Origin: Acidobacteriota bacterium
GTDB taxonomy: Bacteria > Acidobacteriota > UBA6911 > RPQK01 > JADFOI01
Direction: 5' to 3'
NCBI GenBank assembly: GCA_963663035.1
Contig: OY760074.1
Span: forward strand, 608,001 to 672,000
DNA length: 64,000 nucleotides
The translations under genes were made by a program, and so were the position numbers. Below the pieces are notes generated by a model. That model ran no database searches. It saw only the letters and a program-made list of their open reading frames with translations, and was not told the DNA's origin. This document shows positions 29,881 to 40,494 of the stretch, in pieces; positions within the stretch are counted from its first letter, which is position 1, and every line of letters starts with the position of its first letter.

Positions 29881-29936
29881 CTGGTCAGCCCGAAACTGCC
29901 TGTGCTATCATTCCCAGCGCCTTCCGGGAGGAAACA

Positions 29937-30512
29937 TTGAAACAAAAGTATCTTCGACGGGTAATGACTCCGGAGGAGATGGAGTCGGAACTGTCCAGGA
30001 TTGCAACAGAAATTGCCAAAGAGCATCAAAAGCTCAGCAGCATGGTACTCATTGGAATCCGACGACGAGGTGTTCCACTGGCTCAAAGGCTTCAGAAGAA
30101 AATTGAAAAGCTCTCCAGCGAGAAGATCCCTCTTGGAATCCTCGACATTACCTTTTATCGAGACGACCTCTCCCTGGTGGCGAATCAGCCCATTGTGGAG
30201 GGGTCGCTGCTGGATTTTGATCTGACCGATAAGGATGTGCTTTTGATCGATGACGTTCTGTACACGGGGCGTACCACTCGAGCTGCTCTGGAAAGTGTCC
30301 TGGACTACGGACGCCCCAGGCGGATCGAACTGGTAGTCCTCATTGATCGTGGCCATAGAGAATTGCCTATTCAAGCCGATTACGTCGGAAAGTCTGTGGA
30401 GACTACTGAAAAAGAGATGGTTGAGGTTCTTGTCTCATCCATTGATGGAGAAGAAGGTGCTGTTGTTACAACCAAGGAACTCTTGAGGAAAGGCGAAACA
30501 GCTGACAGTTAA
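29937..30512 (+). CDS. pyrR: Bifunctional pyr regulator / uracil phosphoribosyltransferase
   Basis: LDITFYRDD, IDDVLYTGRT, DRGHRELPI. Confidence 0.96.
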   Translation: MKQKYLRRVMTPEEMESELSRIATEIAKEHQKLSSMVLIGIRRRGVPLAQRLQKKIEKLSSEKIPLGILDITFYRDDLSLVANQPIVEGSLLDFDLTDKDVLLIDDVLYTGRTTRAALESVLDYGRPRRIELVVLIDRGHRELPIQADYVGKSVETTEKEMVEVLVSSIDGEEGAVVTTKELLRKGETADS

Positions 30513-30515
30513 ATC

Positions 30516-31454
30516 ATGCCTTTGCGCGAGAAACATCTACTGGGGATTGAAGAACTTACACTCGATGAAATCGAATTAATCCTGAATACCTCCCGAAGTT
30601 TCAGGGAAATTTCCACCCGACCGATCAAAAAAGTTCCCACTCTCCGCGGGAAATCCCTCATCAATCTGTTCTATGAGCCGTCGACCCGGACTCGATCGTC
30701 GTTCGAGATTGCTGCCAAGCGCCTGGGTGCGGACTCCATCAACGTCAACGTCTCCCTGAGCAGCGTAACCAAGGGAGAGTCGTTAATCGATACTGGGAAG
30801 AATTTGCAGTCCATGAATCCCGATATCATCGCACTTCGTCACAGCTCAGCGGGGGCGCCTCATCTCTTGGCTCAGTACTGTGAGTCTGTCTGCATTGTCA
30901 ACGCCGGTGATGGAATGCACGAGCACCCGACGCAGGCACTATTGGATGCTCTCACCATATTGGATCATAAGAAGGAGCTTGAGGGCCTCAAAGTAGCCAT
31001 CGTGGGCGATATTGCGCACAGCCGCGTGGCGCGATCCAATGCCCTCCTTTTAGGAAAGATGGAGGCCGATGTCTGGGTCTGTGGCCCGCCCACTCTCATC
31101 CCAATGGAGTTTGAAAGTTTCGGGGTGAAGGTGACCTATCACATGAAGGAAGCGCTCGAGGGTGCAGATGTCATCATGATGTTGCGGACGCAACGAGAAC
31201 GGCAGAGTGATGTCTTCTTCCCCTCTGTTAAAGAGTATTTCGCCCTCTACGGTCTCGACACGAAAAAGATGGGGTGGGCCCGGAGTAACGCCATTGTGAT
31301 GCATCCGGGACCCATCAACCGCGGTGTTGAGATTGATCCTGAACTTGCCGAAGCAGGATACTCGGTCATTTTCGAACAGGTCGCTAATGGTGTGGCGGTC
31401 CGCATGGCGGTTCTCTACCTCTTACTGGGTGCCAGCGAGGAACCCGGCCTATGA
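30516..31454 (+). CDS. pyrB: Aspartate carbamoyltransferase
   Basis: FYEPSTRTRSSF, HEHPTQALLD, MHPGPINRG. Confidence 0.97.
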   Translation: MPLREKHLLGIEELTLDEIELILNTSRSFREISTRPIKKVPTLRGKSLINLFYEPSTRTRSSFEIAAKRLGADSINVNVSLSSVTKGESLIDTGKNLQSMNPDIIALRHSSAGAPHLLAQYCESVCIVNAGDGMHEHPTQALLDALTILDHKKELEGLKVAIVGDIAHSRVARSNALLLGKMEADVWVCGPPTLIPMEFESFGVKVTYHMKEALEGADVIMMLRTQRERQSDVFFPSVKEYFALYGLDTKKMGWARSNAIVMHPGPINRGVEIDPELAEAGYSVIFEQVANGVAVRMAVLYLLLGASEEPGL

Positions 31455-32737
31455 CACTGTTATTGAAAGGTGGAAGGGTTGTCGACCCGAGCCAGAAGCT
31501 GGAAAAAAAGGTGGATCTGCTGGTGGAAAAGGGAAAAGTCGCCGGCCTCGGTAAAATTCAGGCCAAGAAGACTTGGCAAGTGATCGATGCCTCCGGATGG
31601 ATCGTAGCGCCTGGCTTCGTCGACATGCATGTCCATTTGCGAGAGCCGGGACGCGAGGACAAGGAAACGATTCTCAGCGGAAGCAAAGCGGCCGCAGCTG
31701 GAGGATTCTCCAGCATCACGTGCATGCCCAACACCCAGCCCGTGAATGATAGTGAGGCTATCACACGATTTATCTTGGAGCGCGCTGATCGGGCTGGTTT
31801 GGTGAACGTCTTTCCTGCCGGGGCCATCACCAAAGGGCTACAAGGGAAAGAACTGGCCGAAATTGGAGAAATGGTAAAGGCCGGAGTGGTTGCCATTACC
31901 GATGACGGAAAGTCGGTTGAAAACAATCAGATCATGCGCCGGGCTTTAGAGTATGCCAAGATCTTCGATATACCCATTATCGATCATTGTGAGGATCGAC
32001 AGCTCTCCGCGGCCGGGCACCTCAACGAGAGTGCGGTTTCCACCCGACTCGGGGTGCCAGGGATCAGCCGAGCAGCTGAAGAACTGGATGTGGCTCGGGA
32101 CACTATTTTGAGCCGCATCACCGGTGGACGTGTCCACATCGCCCACCTTTCGACTCAAGAATCTCTTTCTTGGGTACGTCAGGCCAAGAAGCAGGGAATT
32201 CGGGTGACCTGTGAAGTCACTCCCCACCACTTCACCCTGAGCGATGAGGATATCAAAGACTATGACACCAACTACAAAATGTATCCCCCATTGCGTACGC
32301 CATCCGATGTCAAAGCTATTTTAAAAGGGTTGTCCGACGGCTCCATTGACTGCATCGCCAGCGATCACGCACCCCATACACGTCTGGAAAAGGAACTGAC
32401 CTTTGAGGAAGCGGCCAATGGCATCATTGGACTGGAGACAGCAGTTCCGCTGGCCTGGGAATTCTTGATCCGGCGCAAGATTGTCTCTGTCTCGCGTCTG
32501 GTTGAGCTTTTCAGTACGAATCCCAACCGAATTCTCAATCTGGGTCGGGGTACATTGAAGGAAGGAGCGATTGCTGATATTACAGTGATTGATCCTGACT
32601 GTGAGATAATTGTGGATGTTAAGAAATTTAAATCCAAGAGCCGAAATTGTCCATTTCACGATTGGCGACTCCGCGGGTTACCGGTCATGACAATCGTGAA
32701 AGGTAAGATCATCTTTCGCCGAGACACTAAAGTCTGA
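31451..32737 (+). CDS. pyrC: Dihydroorotase
   Basis: DMHVHLREPG, CMPNT, EVTPHH, ASDHAPH; ATGA overlap with pyrB. Confidence 0.96.
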   Translation: MTLLLKGGRVVDPSQKLEKKVDLLVEKGKVAGLGKIQAKKTWQVIDASGWIVAPGFVDMHVHLREPGREDKETILSGSKAAAAGGFSSITCMPNTQPVNDSEAITRFILERADRAGLVNVFPAGAITKGLQGKELAEIGEMVKAGVVAITDDGKSVENNQIMRRALEYAKIFDIPIIDHCEDRQLSAAGHLNESAVSTRLGVPGISRAAEELDVARDTILSRITGGRVHIAHLSTQESLSWVRQAKKQGIRVTCEVTPHHFTLSDEDIKDYDTNYKMYPPLRTPSDVKAILKGLSDGSIDCIASDHAPHTRLEKELTFEEAANGIIGLETAVPLAWEFLIRRKIVSVSRLVELFSTNPNRILNLGRGTLKEGAIADITVIDPDCEIIVDVKKFKSKSRNCPFHDWRLRGLPVMTIVKGKIIFRRDTKV

Positions 32738-32757
32738 CCTCTCGGGGTGGAAAGGCC

Positions 32758-34572
32758 ATGAAGATTCGACCAGTCTATAGGACCCTGTTGATGGGTCTTC
32801 TCTTAGTGGGGACAGCTCAGGCCCAGTTGATGAGCGGTGAGCAGCTTGTCAAGATCCAGACCGCACTGTCGGTGGATACTGTTCATCCGGGCAGCAGCTT
32901 TCAAGTGGCTGTGATTGGGGATCTGGAAGAAGGCTGGCACGTCAACGCTCACCAACCCACACTGGAGTACTTGATTCCCACGGAGTTAAAGCTGGAACCG
33001 GTTGAGGGTCTCACTTTCGGTGAGATCCAATATCCGGAGGCCGTCCGCCTCACCTTTGCCTTTGCTGCCGAAGAGCTGGATGTCTATGAAGGGCGTGTCA
33101 TCATCCGTTTCCCGGTGAGCATCGCAGGGAATGATTTGCCCGGTGAGAGGGTCGTTCGAGGTACTTTCCGATACCAGGCCTGCAACGATCAGGTTTGCTT
33201 GGCCCCCGTCAGCCAAGACGTTACCATCCCGATTCGCGTTTCCAGCCTGGAGCAACCGAGCCGACCGATCAACCCGGATCTCTTCGGGTCGGTCGCGTCT
33301 CCCGCCTTCTTGGGTCAGAGTGGGGGAGGAGTCCTGGATTCAGCTCAAACGAATCTCGCGCTCCTCATTGAGGAGCAGGGACTGTTGGTGGCTCTGTCCG
33401 CTCTGTTTGTTCTGGGCCTGGCCTTGAATCTGACACCCTGTGTGTATCCCATGATCCCGGTCACTATCGGCTATTTCAGCCGGCAAGCTGAGGGCAAGAC
33501 AGCCCGCGTCTTTGGGCTGGCGCTCATGTATCTGCTCGGCATCGCCGTCACCTATTCCAGTTTGGGAGTCGTGGCTGCCTTGACTGGGCAGATGTTTGGC
33601 GCACTCCTTCAGAATCCCTGGGTCCTGGTGGGCATTGCTTTGATCATGGTGGCTTTGGCGTTGAGTCTGTTTGGCGTTTACCAGATCCAGGCACCCAATT
33701 TCATTCGGCAGAAAGTCTCTTCCAACTCAGGGGGCGGACTACTGGGTGCGCTGAGTATGGGACTCATCGTCGGTATTGTTGCTGCGCCTTGTGTGGGGCC
33801 AGTGACGATCGGCCTGTTGACCTATGTGGGCTCAACCGGCAGTCCCTGGCTTGGGTTCTGGATGTTCTTCACCCTGTCCCTGGGTTTAGGGGCACCCTAT
33901 GTGGTACTGGGGACGTTTTCAGGCGGGCTCAGGAAGTTGCCCAAGTCCGGCCTTTGGATGATTTGGGTTGAGAAGCTCTTCGGCTTTGCCATGCTTGGCC
34001 TGGCCCTGTACTTCACCGCTCCCTTGTTTCCGGATTGGATAGTTCCCTGGATGGTGTTGGCTTTGGCCCTCGTCAGCGGCGTGTGGCTGGGCTGGCTGGA
34101 TAAAAGCAGCAGTGACAGTAAGAGTTTTTACTGGCTGAAGAAAGCCACGGCATTTTGCCTCCTGGCAATCGGTCTTTTTGCCATCATCCCCGAGACACCG
34201 GGTTCCTCAGTCGCCTGGCAAGCCTATGACCCGGCTCTTTTTCAGCGAGCCAGGGAAGCAGGCCGCCCCATCCTTCTCGATTTTACTGCGGACTGGTGTA
34301 TCCCCTGCCGTGAGCTGGACCGGTTTACCTTCAGCGATGAAGAGGTGATCGCTGCTGTGGATCCATTCATGACGCTCAAGGTTGACTTGACACACTTCGA
34401 GTCACCAGAGCTCGTGCCGCTGCGGGAACAATTCAGGGTCGTTGGTGTTCCCACCATTGTCTTCATTGATGCTCAAGGAACTGAGGTCGAGGCAGCGCGT
34501 GTGATTGGGTACCTCAGTCCCGACAACTTTCTTCAACAGGTCAAGCGCGCACTAGACCCCGGAATCCTGTAA
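32758..34572 (+). CDS. dsbD: Thiol:disulfide interchange protein DsbD
   Basis: N-domain QACNDQVC, LTPCVYPM and AAPC TM domain, thioredoxin TADWCIPC. Confidence 0.93.
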   Translation: MKIRPVYRTLLMGLLLVGTAQAQLMSGEQLVKIQTALSVDTVHPGSSFQVAVIGDLEEGWHVNAHQPTLEYLIPTELKLEPVEGLTFGEIQYPEAVRLTFAFAAEELDVYEGRVIIRFPVSIAGNDLPGERVVRGTFRYQACNDQVCLAPVSQDVTIPIRVSSLEQPSRPINPDLFGSVASPAFLGQSGGGVLDSAQTNLALLIEEQGLLVALSALFVLGLALNLTPCVYPMIPVTIGYFSRQAEGKTARVFGLALMYLLGIAVTYSSLGVVAALTGQMFGALLQNPWVLVGIALIMVALALSLFGVYQIQAPNFIRQKVSSNSGGGLLGALSMGLIVGIVAAPCVGPVTIGLLTYVGSTGSPWLGFWMFFTLSLGLGAPYVVLGTFSGGLRKLPKSGLWMIWVEKLFGFAMLGLALYFTAPLFPDWIVPWMVLALALVSGVWLGWLDKSSSDSKSFYWLKKATAFCLLAIGLFAIIPETPGSSVAWQAYDPALFQRAREAGRPILLDFTADWCIPCRELDRFTFSDEEVIAAVDPFMTLKVDLTHFESPELVPLREQFRVVGVPTIVFIDAQGTEVEAARVIGYLSPDNFLQQVKRALDPGIL

Positions 34573-34579
34573 AGGAAGT

Positions 34580-35081
34580 GCGGGTGTCCAGGAAGGCCAA
34601 GCTCTTCGTTCTCCGCGCCCTTCGATCCTCGACGTAGTTAGTGCCTCGCTTCATAGATACGGTAACATTTGTGGCGAGCGCGACGGCGTCGAGTTCGCGA
34701 AGCGACGACGACGCGATGCCAGAGTGAATCGCGGAGGAGGAGCGACAAAGAAATCGATGCCGTACCGCCGCCACCCTTTGGGCTGATGGGGGTTGCGGGC
34801 GATCTCTGTGTCCCTCGTCGTCGCCGATGTCCCTGACATCGCCTCCTCCCCGCTCCTTGACCTGCCCCATCAGCAAATGTCATCGTATCTATGAAACGAG
34901 GCACTGAGGCTACGCCTGCGGTCGAAGGGCTTGTGCGGCCTCGATCTTGATCGCCTCCTCCCCGCTCCGCCTCGCAAGCCCCATCAGCAAATGTCATCGT
35001 ATCTATGAAACGAGGCACTGAGGCTACGCCTGCGGTCGAAGGGCTTGTGCGGCCTCGATCTTGACCTTCCTGGACACCCGC
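34580..35081. repeat. Family C element carrying a nested family B element (34640-34905) and a ~113 bp duplication
   Basis: C left arm 34580-34637, B TIRs AGTGCCTCGCTTCATAGATACG / CGTATCTATGAAACGAGGCACT, C right arm; 34838-34950 repeated at 34950-35064. Confidence 0.88.
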
Positions 35082-35088
35082 CACGAAT

Positions 35089-35382
35089 CTAGTCCTGGAG
35101 GTTGACGATAATGTCACCCGGGCGAGCGAGGTTGTATCGTTCTCGAGCAATTCGCTCGATCTCGTAGGGGTCGGTCTTGAGCTTGTTGATGGTCTGGAGG
35201 TATTCGCTGTGTCTCTGTCTCAGACGGTGATTTTCCATTTGCAATCCCTGTAGCTGTGCCCGATACTTGCGCAGTTGTATCAAACCCCCGTCCCCAAAAA
35301 GCAGGAGGCACATTAACAGGAGACAACTCGTGAAGAGTAGAATCCAGGAGAGTTCCCGTCTGGCTTTCCGACTAAAGTTCAT
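35089..35382 (-). CDS. Septum formation initiator (FtsB/DivIC family)
   Basis: TM helix, FGDGG, coiled coil, IERIARERYNLARPGD. Confidence 0.88.
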   Translation of the reverse strand: MNFSRKARRELSWILLFTSCLLLMCLLLFGDGGLIQLRKYRAQLQGLQMENHRLRQRHSEYLQTINKLKTDPYEIERIARERYNLARPGDIIVNLQD

Positions 35383-35393
35383 CCCCAATTCCA

Positions 35394-35726
35394 ATGTCTA
35401 AAAGCTATCTTTTGCTCTCGACCATTGACAGCAGCGAGGGGGCTGAGCGAATCGCTCAGCATCTGGTAGAGGAACAACTCGCAGCCTGCGTCAATATTAT
35501 TCCGAAAATCACGTCGGTATACAAGTGGAAGGGGGCTTTGGAGCGTGCTACTGAGTACCTGATGATCCTCAAGACCAGCGAGGATCGATTGCCACAACTG
35601 ATCCATCGGATCAAAGAACTCCATCCTTATGAGGTGCCAGAGGTTATTGCTTTTGCCATCGAGCATGGCTATCCACCCTACCTGGAGTGGATCGTCTCGC
35701 AAACGAGAGAAGTGGACAAGCCGTGA
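35394..35726 (+). CDS. cutA: Divalent cation tolerance protein CutA
   Basis: LAACVNI, SVYKWKG, HPYEVPE, YLEW. Confidence 0.95.
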   Translation: MSKSYLLLSTIDSSEGAERIAQHLVEEQLAACVNIIPKITSVYKWKGALERATEYLMILKTSEDRLPQLIHRIKELHPYEVPEVIAFAIEHGYPPYLEWIVSQTREVDKP

Positions 35727-35763
35727 CGCCTGTATCGGCTTTAACCTGAACTGGAAGAGAGAG

Positions 35764-35937
35764 CTAGGACTCGGATTCCTCTTTGGTCTTTTCTTCGTGA
35801 CCGCTTTTGAGAGAGTTTTTGAAGTTCTTAATGCCCTCTCCTAAGCCCTTTCCGAGTTGTGGAAGACGACTGGCTCCGAAGATCACAATCACAATCAGGA
35901 GAATTATGACTAATTCTGACATTCCAAGGCCACCCAT
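35764..35937 (-). CDS. tatA: Twin-arginine translocase TatA/TatE subunit (57 aa; absent from ORF track)
   Basis: Manual translation [40 protein letters not shown]; GAGG SD. Confidence 0.93.
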   Translation of the reverse strand: MGGLGMSELVIILLIVIVIFGASRLPQLGKGLGEGIKNFKNSLKSGHEEKTKEESES

Positions 35938-35993
35938 ATTTTTATACCTCGACTGTGTTTCTTATCCTATACCTAAACTGGCTTACCTGTCAA

Positions 35994-37928
35994 TCACAGC
36001 ACAACTCGCTTGTCACCCATACGTCGCGTGATTCGTTTGCGGTCCAGGAACTCCAGGAAGGGAATCGCGTATTTGCGGCTGATCTTAAAGAGGTCTTTGA
36101 ACTCGGGTACTGTGAAGGTTTGGCCACTGGGAAAGGACTCTTTCAGCTGGGTTGTGAGAGACGTGATCTGGTCGGGTGAAAGAACGATATTTTCGCTTAC
36201 CCGGACCAGCTCCCCTTGCTGTAAGAGGAAGAAATACACATCGCGCACCAGGCCCGGTTCATAGGGGAGTTTTCGCAGGAGCTCATCTAACCTGGGTGCT
36301 TGCAGACCCGTTTTTCTGATCAGCTCTAAAATGTGTTCTCTCGCCTTGTCCTGCTCCGGGCTCAGCACGACCTGTTGGTCCTGCTGTGACACAGAGCTGC
36401 CCTTGATCTGAAGCTTTCCCTCATCTTCCAGCTGTTTGAGGACGAAAGTACAATAGGAACTCTTGGTTTTCCCGAAGAATCGCTCCTTGAGTTCCTCTCG
36501 AGGGACACCCGCAATCAAGGGATTTCTCGAGTGAAAGTTGGCCAGGAACTCGATGATCTGTACCTTGAGCTTGTCGAGCGCCTGTCGGAACACGGCTAGT
36601 CGCGGCTCTTGAGAGATCAAGACCACGGAGTCCAGTCCCTTTAAGAGATCGAACAGGTAATCTTCCAGAAAACCGGTGCGGGATACCAGTTCGGGCAGGT
36701 TTATACCTGAGGAATGGCGCAATTTGACAAAGTATTCGACCAAGGCCCTATCGAGGTGTGGATCCTTGGTTTTGAGCATTGACCACAGCTTTCTTAGCTC
36801 CACAACGTCACGGGCCATGTCCTTCTTCCGATGTTTCTGGGGAAAAGCGTCCAGAATGACACCACCGCCCATGGTTGTCATTGGTGAGTAACGACGTAAG
36901 ATGAAGTGATCTTTGGGGCAACACACTGTAGGACTTTGCAGTCGCAGTTGAGCCAGGACTGCGTCACCCGGGCGAAGTTGGTTGCTTTCAAGCAGGTAGA
37001 GTCGACCAAGCAGTTCAGCACTTCCGTGGTGGAAGCGGATGGCACTGCGGTGTTTGAGTACCTTGGAAGCATTTGGTAGTAAGTGGACGATGACATCAAG
37101 CATGGAGGAAGGCGCAAAAGTGTTGGAGGGAGAAATCAACATTCCTCTTTGCAGCTCTTCTGTTTCCAGTCCGCTCAGGTTCAATGCGGTCCTCTGACCG
37201 GCGCTGGCCAGGTCGGCCTTCTGGTTAAAAATCTCGATACCTCGGACTTTTCCTGCCTTTTGGGTGGGATGCACGGTCACTGTATCTCCCTTCTTCAAAA
37301 CTCCGCAGTAAGGGGTGCCAGTGACCACAGTTCCAAATCCTTTGATCGTGAAAACACGGTCCACGGGAAGACGGAAAACCTGCTGGGCACTTTGGGCCGC
37401 AGTGACGGCCTGCTTTGATTTCTCGATTTCTTCAAGCAGGGTCTCCCTGAGAGCTTCCATGCCCTCCCCCGACAGGCTATCAACGGTTACGATGGGAGAC
37501 TTCTCAAACTGGCTGCCCTGAACGAGTTCCCGAACTTCAGCTTCAACCAGGTCAAGCAGCTCTGCTTCAACCAGATTTTTTTTCGTGATGGCGATGATCC
37601 CTCTGGGAATTTCAAGAAGTTTGCAAATCTGGAAATGCTCGATGGTTTGAGGCATCACCGATTCATCGGCCGCCACCACCAGAAGCACCAGGTGAACCCC
37701 GCCGATCCCTGCCAGCATATTCTTGACAAACTTTTCGTGTCCCGGGACGTCTATGAAACCCACGCGCGAAGGGCCCAGTTCCATGTGAGCAAAGCCGATG
37801 TCGATGCTAATACCACGACGCTTTTCTTCTTCCAGCCGGTCGGTATCAATGCCGGTCAAAGCTTTCAGCAGCGTGGTTTTACCATGGTCAATATGGCCTG
37901 CTGTCCCGACGATCACGTCCTTCATCAA
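35994..37928 (-). CDS. selB: Selenocysteine-specific elongation factor
   Basis: [33 protein letters not shown]-terminal winged helix [13 protein letters not shown]. Confidence 0.96.
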   Translation of the reverse strand: MMKDVIVGTAGHIDHGKTTLLKALTGIDTDRLEEEKRRGISIDIGFAHMELGPSRVGFIDVPGHEKFVKNMLAGIGGVHLVLLVVAADESVMPQTIEHFQICKLLEIPRGIIAITKKNLVEAELLDLVEAEVRELVQGSQFEKSPIVTVDSLSGEGMEALRETLLEEIEKSKQAVTAAQSAQQVFRLPVDRVFTIKGFGTVVTGTPYCGVLKKGDTVTVHPTQKAGKVRGIEIFNQKADLASAGQRTALNLSGLETEELQRGMLISPSNTFAPSSMLDVIVHLLPNASKVLKHRSAIRFHHGSAELLGRLYLLESNQLRPGDAVLAQLRLQSPTVCCPKDHFILRRYSPMTTMGGGVILDAFPQKHRKKDMARDVVELRKLWSMLKTKDPHLDRALVEYFVKLRHSSGINLPELVSRTGFLEDYLFDLLKGLDSVVLISQEPRLAVFRQALDKLKVQIIEFLANFHSRNPLIAGVPREELKERFFGKTKSSYCTFVLKQLEDEGKLQIKGSSVSQQDQQVVLSPEQDKAREHILELIRKTGLQAPRLDELLRKLPYEPGLVRDVYFFLLQQGELVRVSENIVLSPDQITSLTTQLKESFPSGQTFTVPEFKDLFKISRKYAIPFLEFLDRKRITRRMGDKRVVL

Positions 37929-37991
37929 TTGTCTCTAGAATTCATCTTGAATATCTCGGTACAATGTTAATGGTTGGAGTGTTTTACAGGA

Positions 37992-39323
37992 ATGTTAGGT
38001 AACTTATCAACCAAATTACAGAGAATTCTCCGCGACCTCAAGGGCGAGGGACGCGTTGCTGAACGCCACATCCAGGTGGCGATGCGAGAAATTCGCATTG
38101 CACTCCTGGAGGCAGACGTTCACTTCAAGGTGGTCAAGGAGTTCGTGTCGCGGGTCAAGGAGAGAGCCCTTGGGCAAGAGGTGCTTCGCAACCTGATGCC
38201 AGGCCAGCAGGTGGTCAAGATTGTTCTAGACGAACTTGTGGAACTCTTCGGACGGGAAGAGGCCGACCTGAGCTTTTCCAAGCTTTCCCCCAGCGTAATA
38301 TTGTTGGTTGGTTTGCACGGAAGTGGCAAAACGACGACCACCGGTAAGTTGGCTCTCTGGCTGAAGAAGAAAGGACACCAACCACTTATGGTCTCGACCG
38401 ACGTGCACCGTCCTGCCGCCATAGAGCAACTGTCGGTTATCGCAAGTGAAATCGAGATAGGGGTGTACGAGGACAAAGGTAGTGACGCTGTGGAACGGGC
38501 CAAAAAGGCTCTAGAGCACACTCGCAACACGGGTTTCGACATTCTCCTCATTGACACAGCTGGACGGCTGCACAGTGACGCGGATCTGATGACGGAGTTG
38601 GGCCGGATGGCCGAAGCAGTCAATCCAACAGAAGTTTTACTGGTTGCCGATGCCATGACCGGGCAGGATGCAGTGAACTCCGCCAGGGAGTTTAACCAGT
38701 GCCTGAATCTCTCTGGAGTGGTCTTGACAAAGATGGACGGAGATGCACGTGGTGGAGCTGCACTTTCAATCAAGACGGTGACGGGGACGCCCATCAAGTT
38801 TATCGGTGTGGGCGAGAAGTACGAGGCATTGGAAGTCTTTCATCCGGAAGGAATGGCTAGTCGCATCCTGGGGATGGGTGATGTGCTCAGCTTGATCGAT
38901 AAGGCTCAAGAGGTTGTGGATGAAGATCATGCTCGAGACATGCTCAAAAAGTTGCAACGAAACGACTTCACCCTGGAGGACTTCCGTGAACAGCTGAAGC
39001 AGTTGAGGCGGTTAGGTCCGCTGGAGCAGGTGTTAGGGATGCTTCCCCAGGTTGGTTTCCTAAAGGGAGTCAAGAATATGCAGCTGGATGAGAAGCAACT
39101 GGCGCATCTAGAAGCAATTATTAGCTCTATGACAGCGAAGGAAAGGGCCGCTCACAAGATCATCAACTCGTCACGGCGTAAGAGAATTGCCAAGGGTAGT
39201 GGTAGACCTGTTTCTGAGGTGAATCGTTTACTGAGGCAATATGTTCAGACAAAAAAAATGCTTACCAAGGTGGGTAAGAGCTTTTCTTCCAAAGGGTTAT
39301 CAAAACTAGGCTTTCCCATCTAG
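37992..39323 (+). CDS. ffh: Signal recognition particle protein
   Basis: ALLEADV, GSGKTT, DTAGR, TKMDGDARGG, SRILGMGD, SRRKRIAKGSG. Confidence 0.97.
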   Translation: MLGNLSTKLQRILRDLKGEGRVAERHIQVAMREIRIALLEADVHFKVVKEFVSRVKERALGQEVLRNLMPGQQVVKIVLDELVELFGREEADLSFSKLSPSVILLVGLHGSGKTTTTGKLALWLKKKGHQPLMVSTDVHRPAAIEQLSVIASEIEIGVYEDKGSDAVERAKKALEHTRNTGFDILLIDTAGRLHSDADLMTELGRMAEAVNPTEVLLVADAMTGQDAVNSAREFNQCLNLSGVVLTKMDGDARGGAALSIKTVTGTPIKFIGVGEKYEALEVFHPEGMASRILGMGDVLSLIDKAQEVVDEDHARDMLKKLQRNDFTLEDFREQLKQLRRLGPLEQVLGMLPQVGFLKGVKNMQLDEKQLAHLEAIISSMTAKERAAHKIINSSRRKRIAKGSGRPVSEVNRLLRQYVQTKKMLTKVGKSFSSKGLSKLGFPI

Positions 39324-39369
39324 AGGCTCTCTGATAGAATACTGTCGCATTAGCAAGGAGGAATAGTAG

Positions 39370-39612
39370 GTGTTAAGAATTCGTTTGAGTCGGCACGGAA
39401 GAAAAAAGAAGCCTCATTATCGAGTCGTGGTTGCTGAAAAGCACAAACCGAAAGAGGGGCGATTTGTTGAAATAGTTGGTTATTACACGCCAACTCCGAA
39501 ACCGGTTCAACTCAAGTTGGACCTTGACAGGATTGATTATTGGGTCAAACAAGGTGCACAACCCTCCGACACAGTCAGAATCTTGATCAGGAAGGTCAGA
39601 CAGGCTCCATGA
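39370..39612 (+). CDS. rpsP: 30S ribosomal protein S16
   Basis: IRLSR-G-KKKPHYRVVV, GAQPSDTV. Confidence 0.96.
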   Translation: MLRIRLSRHGRKKKPHYRVVVAEKHKPKEGRFVEIVGYYTPTPKPVQLKLDLDRIDYWVKQGAQPSDTVRILIRKVRQAP

Positions 39613-39714
39613 TTTAGGGAGATCTGGTGTTTTCGCGCGTCATTCATTTTTGAGCTTGATGAGGGAACTCTCCGAATTCCCTCGTTGGATACTCTCAACT
39701 TCACAGGAGGAGAA

Positions 39715-39945
39715 ATGAAAGAGCTTGTTGAAATGATCGCGAAAGCTTTGGTGGACAGTCCTGATGAGGTCAAGGTGACGGAGGTTTCGGGTGAACAGAC
39801 CACGGTTCTTGAGCTGAAGGTAGCTCAGTCGGATCTTGGTAAAGTGATTGGGAAAAAGGGGCGGACGGCCAGCTCTATTCGAACCCTTCTGGGAGCTGCA
39901 GGAATGAAGCTCCGAAAAAGATTCGTCTTGGAGATTCTGGAGTAG
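39715..39945 (+). CDS. khpA: KH-domain RNA-binding protein KhpA
   Basis: AGGAGG SD; [13 protein letters not shown]; position between rpsP and rimM. Confidence 0.93.
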   Translation: MKELVEMIAKALVDSPDEVKVTEVSGEQTTVLELKVAQSDLGKVIGKKGRTASSIRTLLGAAGMKLRKRFVLEILE

Positions 39946-40461
39946 TTGGTTCTGTTTGCCAGCATTGCCCGAATCGTCAAACGACGCGGCGTTCGAGGCG
40001 AAGTCGCGGCGGAACTTTTGACCGATTTCCCCGAGCGTTTTTCCTCCCTGAATGAGATTCGTATTTCCAATGAGGGGAGGGAGTACTGGGAGGAGATCGA
40101 GAAACACTGGTTCCACAAGAACCGGGTCATTCTCAAGTTCCGTGGGCGTGATCGTCCTGAAGACATTGAGGAGCTCATAGGTGGTGAGCTTCAGATTCCC
40201 GACGATCAACGTGTTTCGCTCCCGAAAGGCAGCTACTATCACTCCGATCTCATTGGATGCAGAATCCTGGAGAGGGGAGAATTGATGGGTAGTGTGACCG
40301 GGATTTTGGAAACGGGAGCTGCAGGTTGCAATTTGGTGGTGACAAAGCCTGATGGAGGGGAATTTATGGTCCCCATGGTGCGAGAGTTAGTGTTGGATAT
40401 CGATGTCAGCGAGAAAGAGATCCAGGTGGATCTCCCGACGGGACTAGCGGCCGATTTGTAA
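39946..40461 (+). CDS. rimM: Ribosome maturation factor RimM
   Basis: GVRGEV, TDFPERF, YYHSDLIG; synteny. Confidence 0.93.
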   Translation: MVLFASIARIVKRRGVRGEVAAELLTDFPERFSSLNEIRISNEGREYWEEIEKHWFHKNRVILKFRGRDRPEDIEELIGGELQIPDDQRVSLPKGSYYHSDLIGCRILERGELMGSVTGILETGAAGCNLVVTKPDGGEFMVPMVRELVLDIDVSEKEIQVDLPTGLAADL

Positions 40462-40494
40462 GCGCGGATTCATGAGCTTGTGGCGGGTGCCATT

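Noticed and set aside
39661-39683. Terminator between rpsP and khpA
   Set aside because: A 7 bp stem GAGGGAA/TTCCCTC exists but lacks a U-tract
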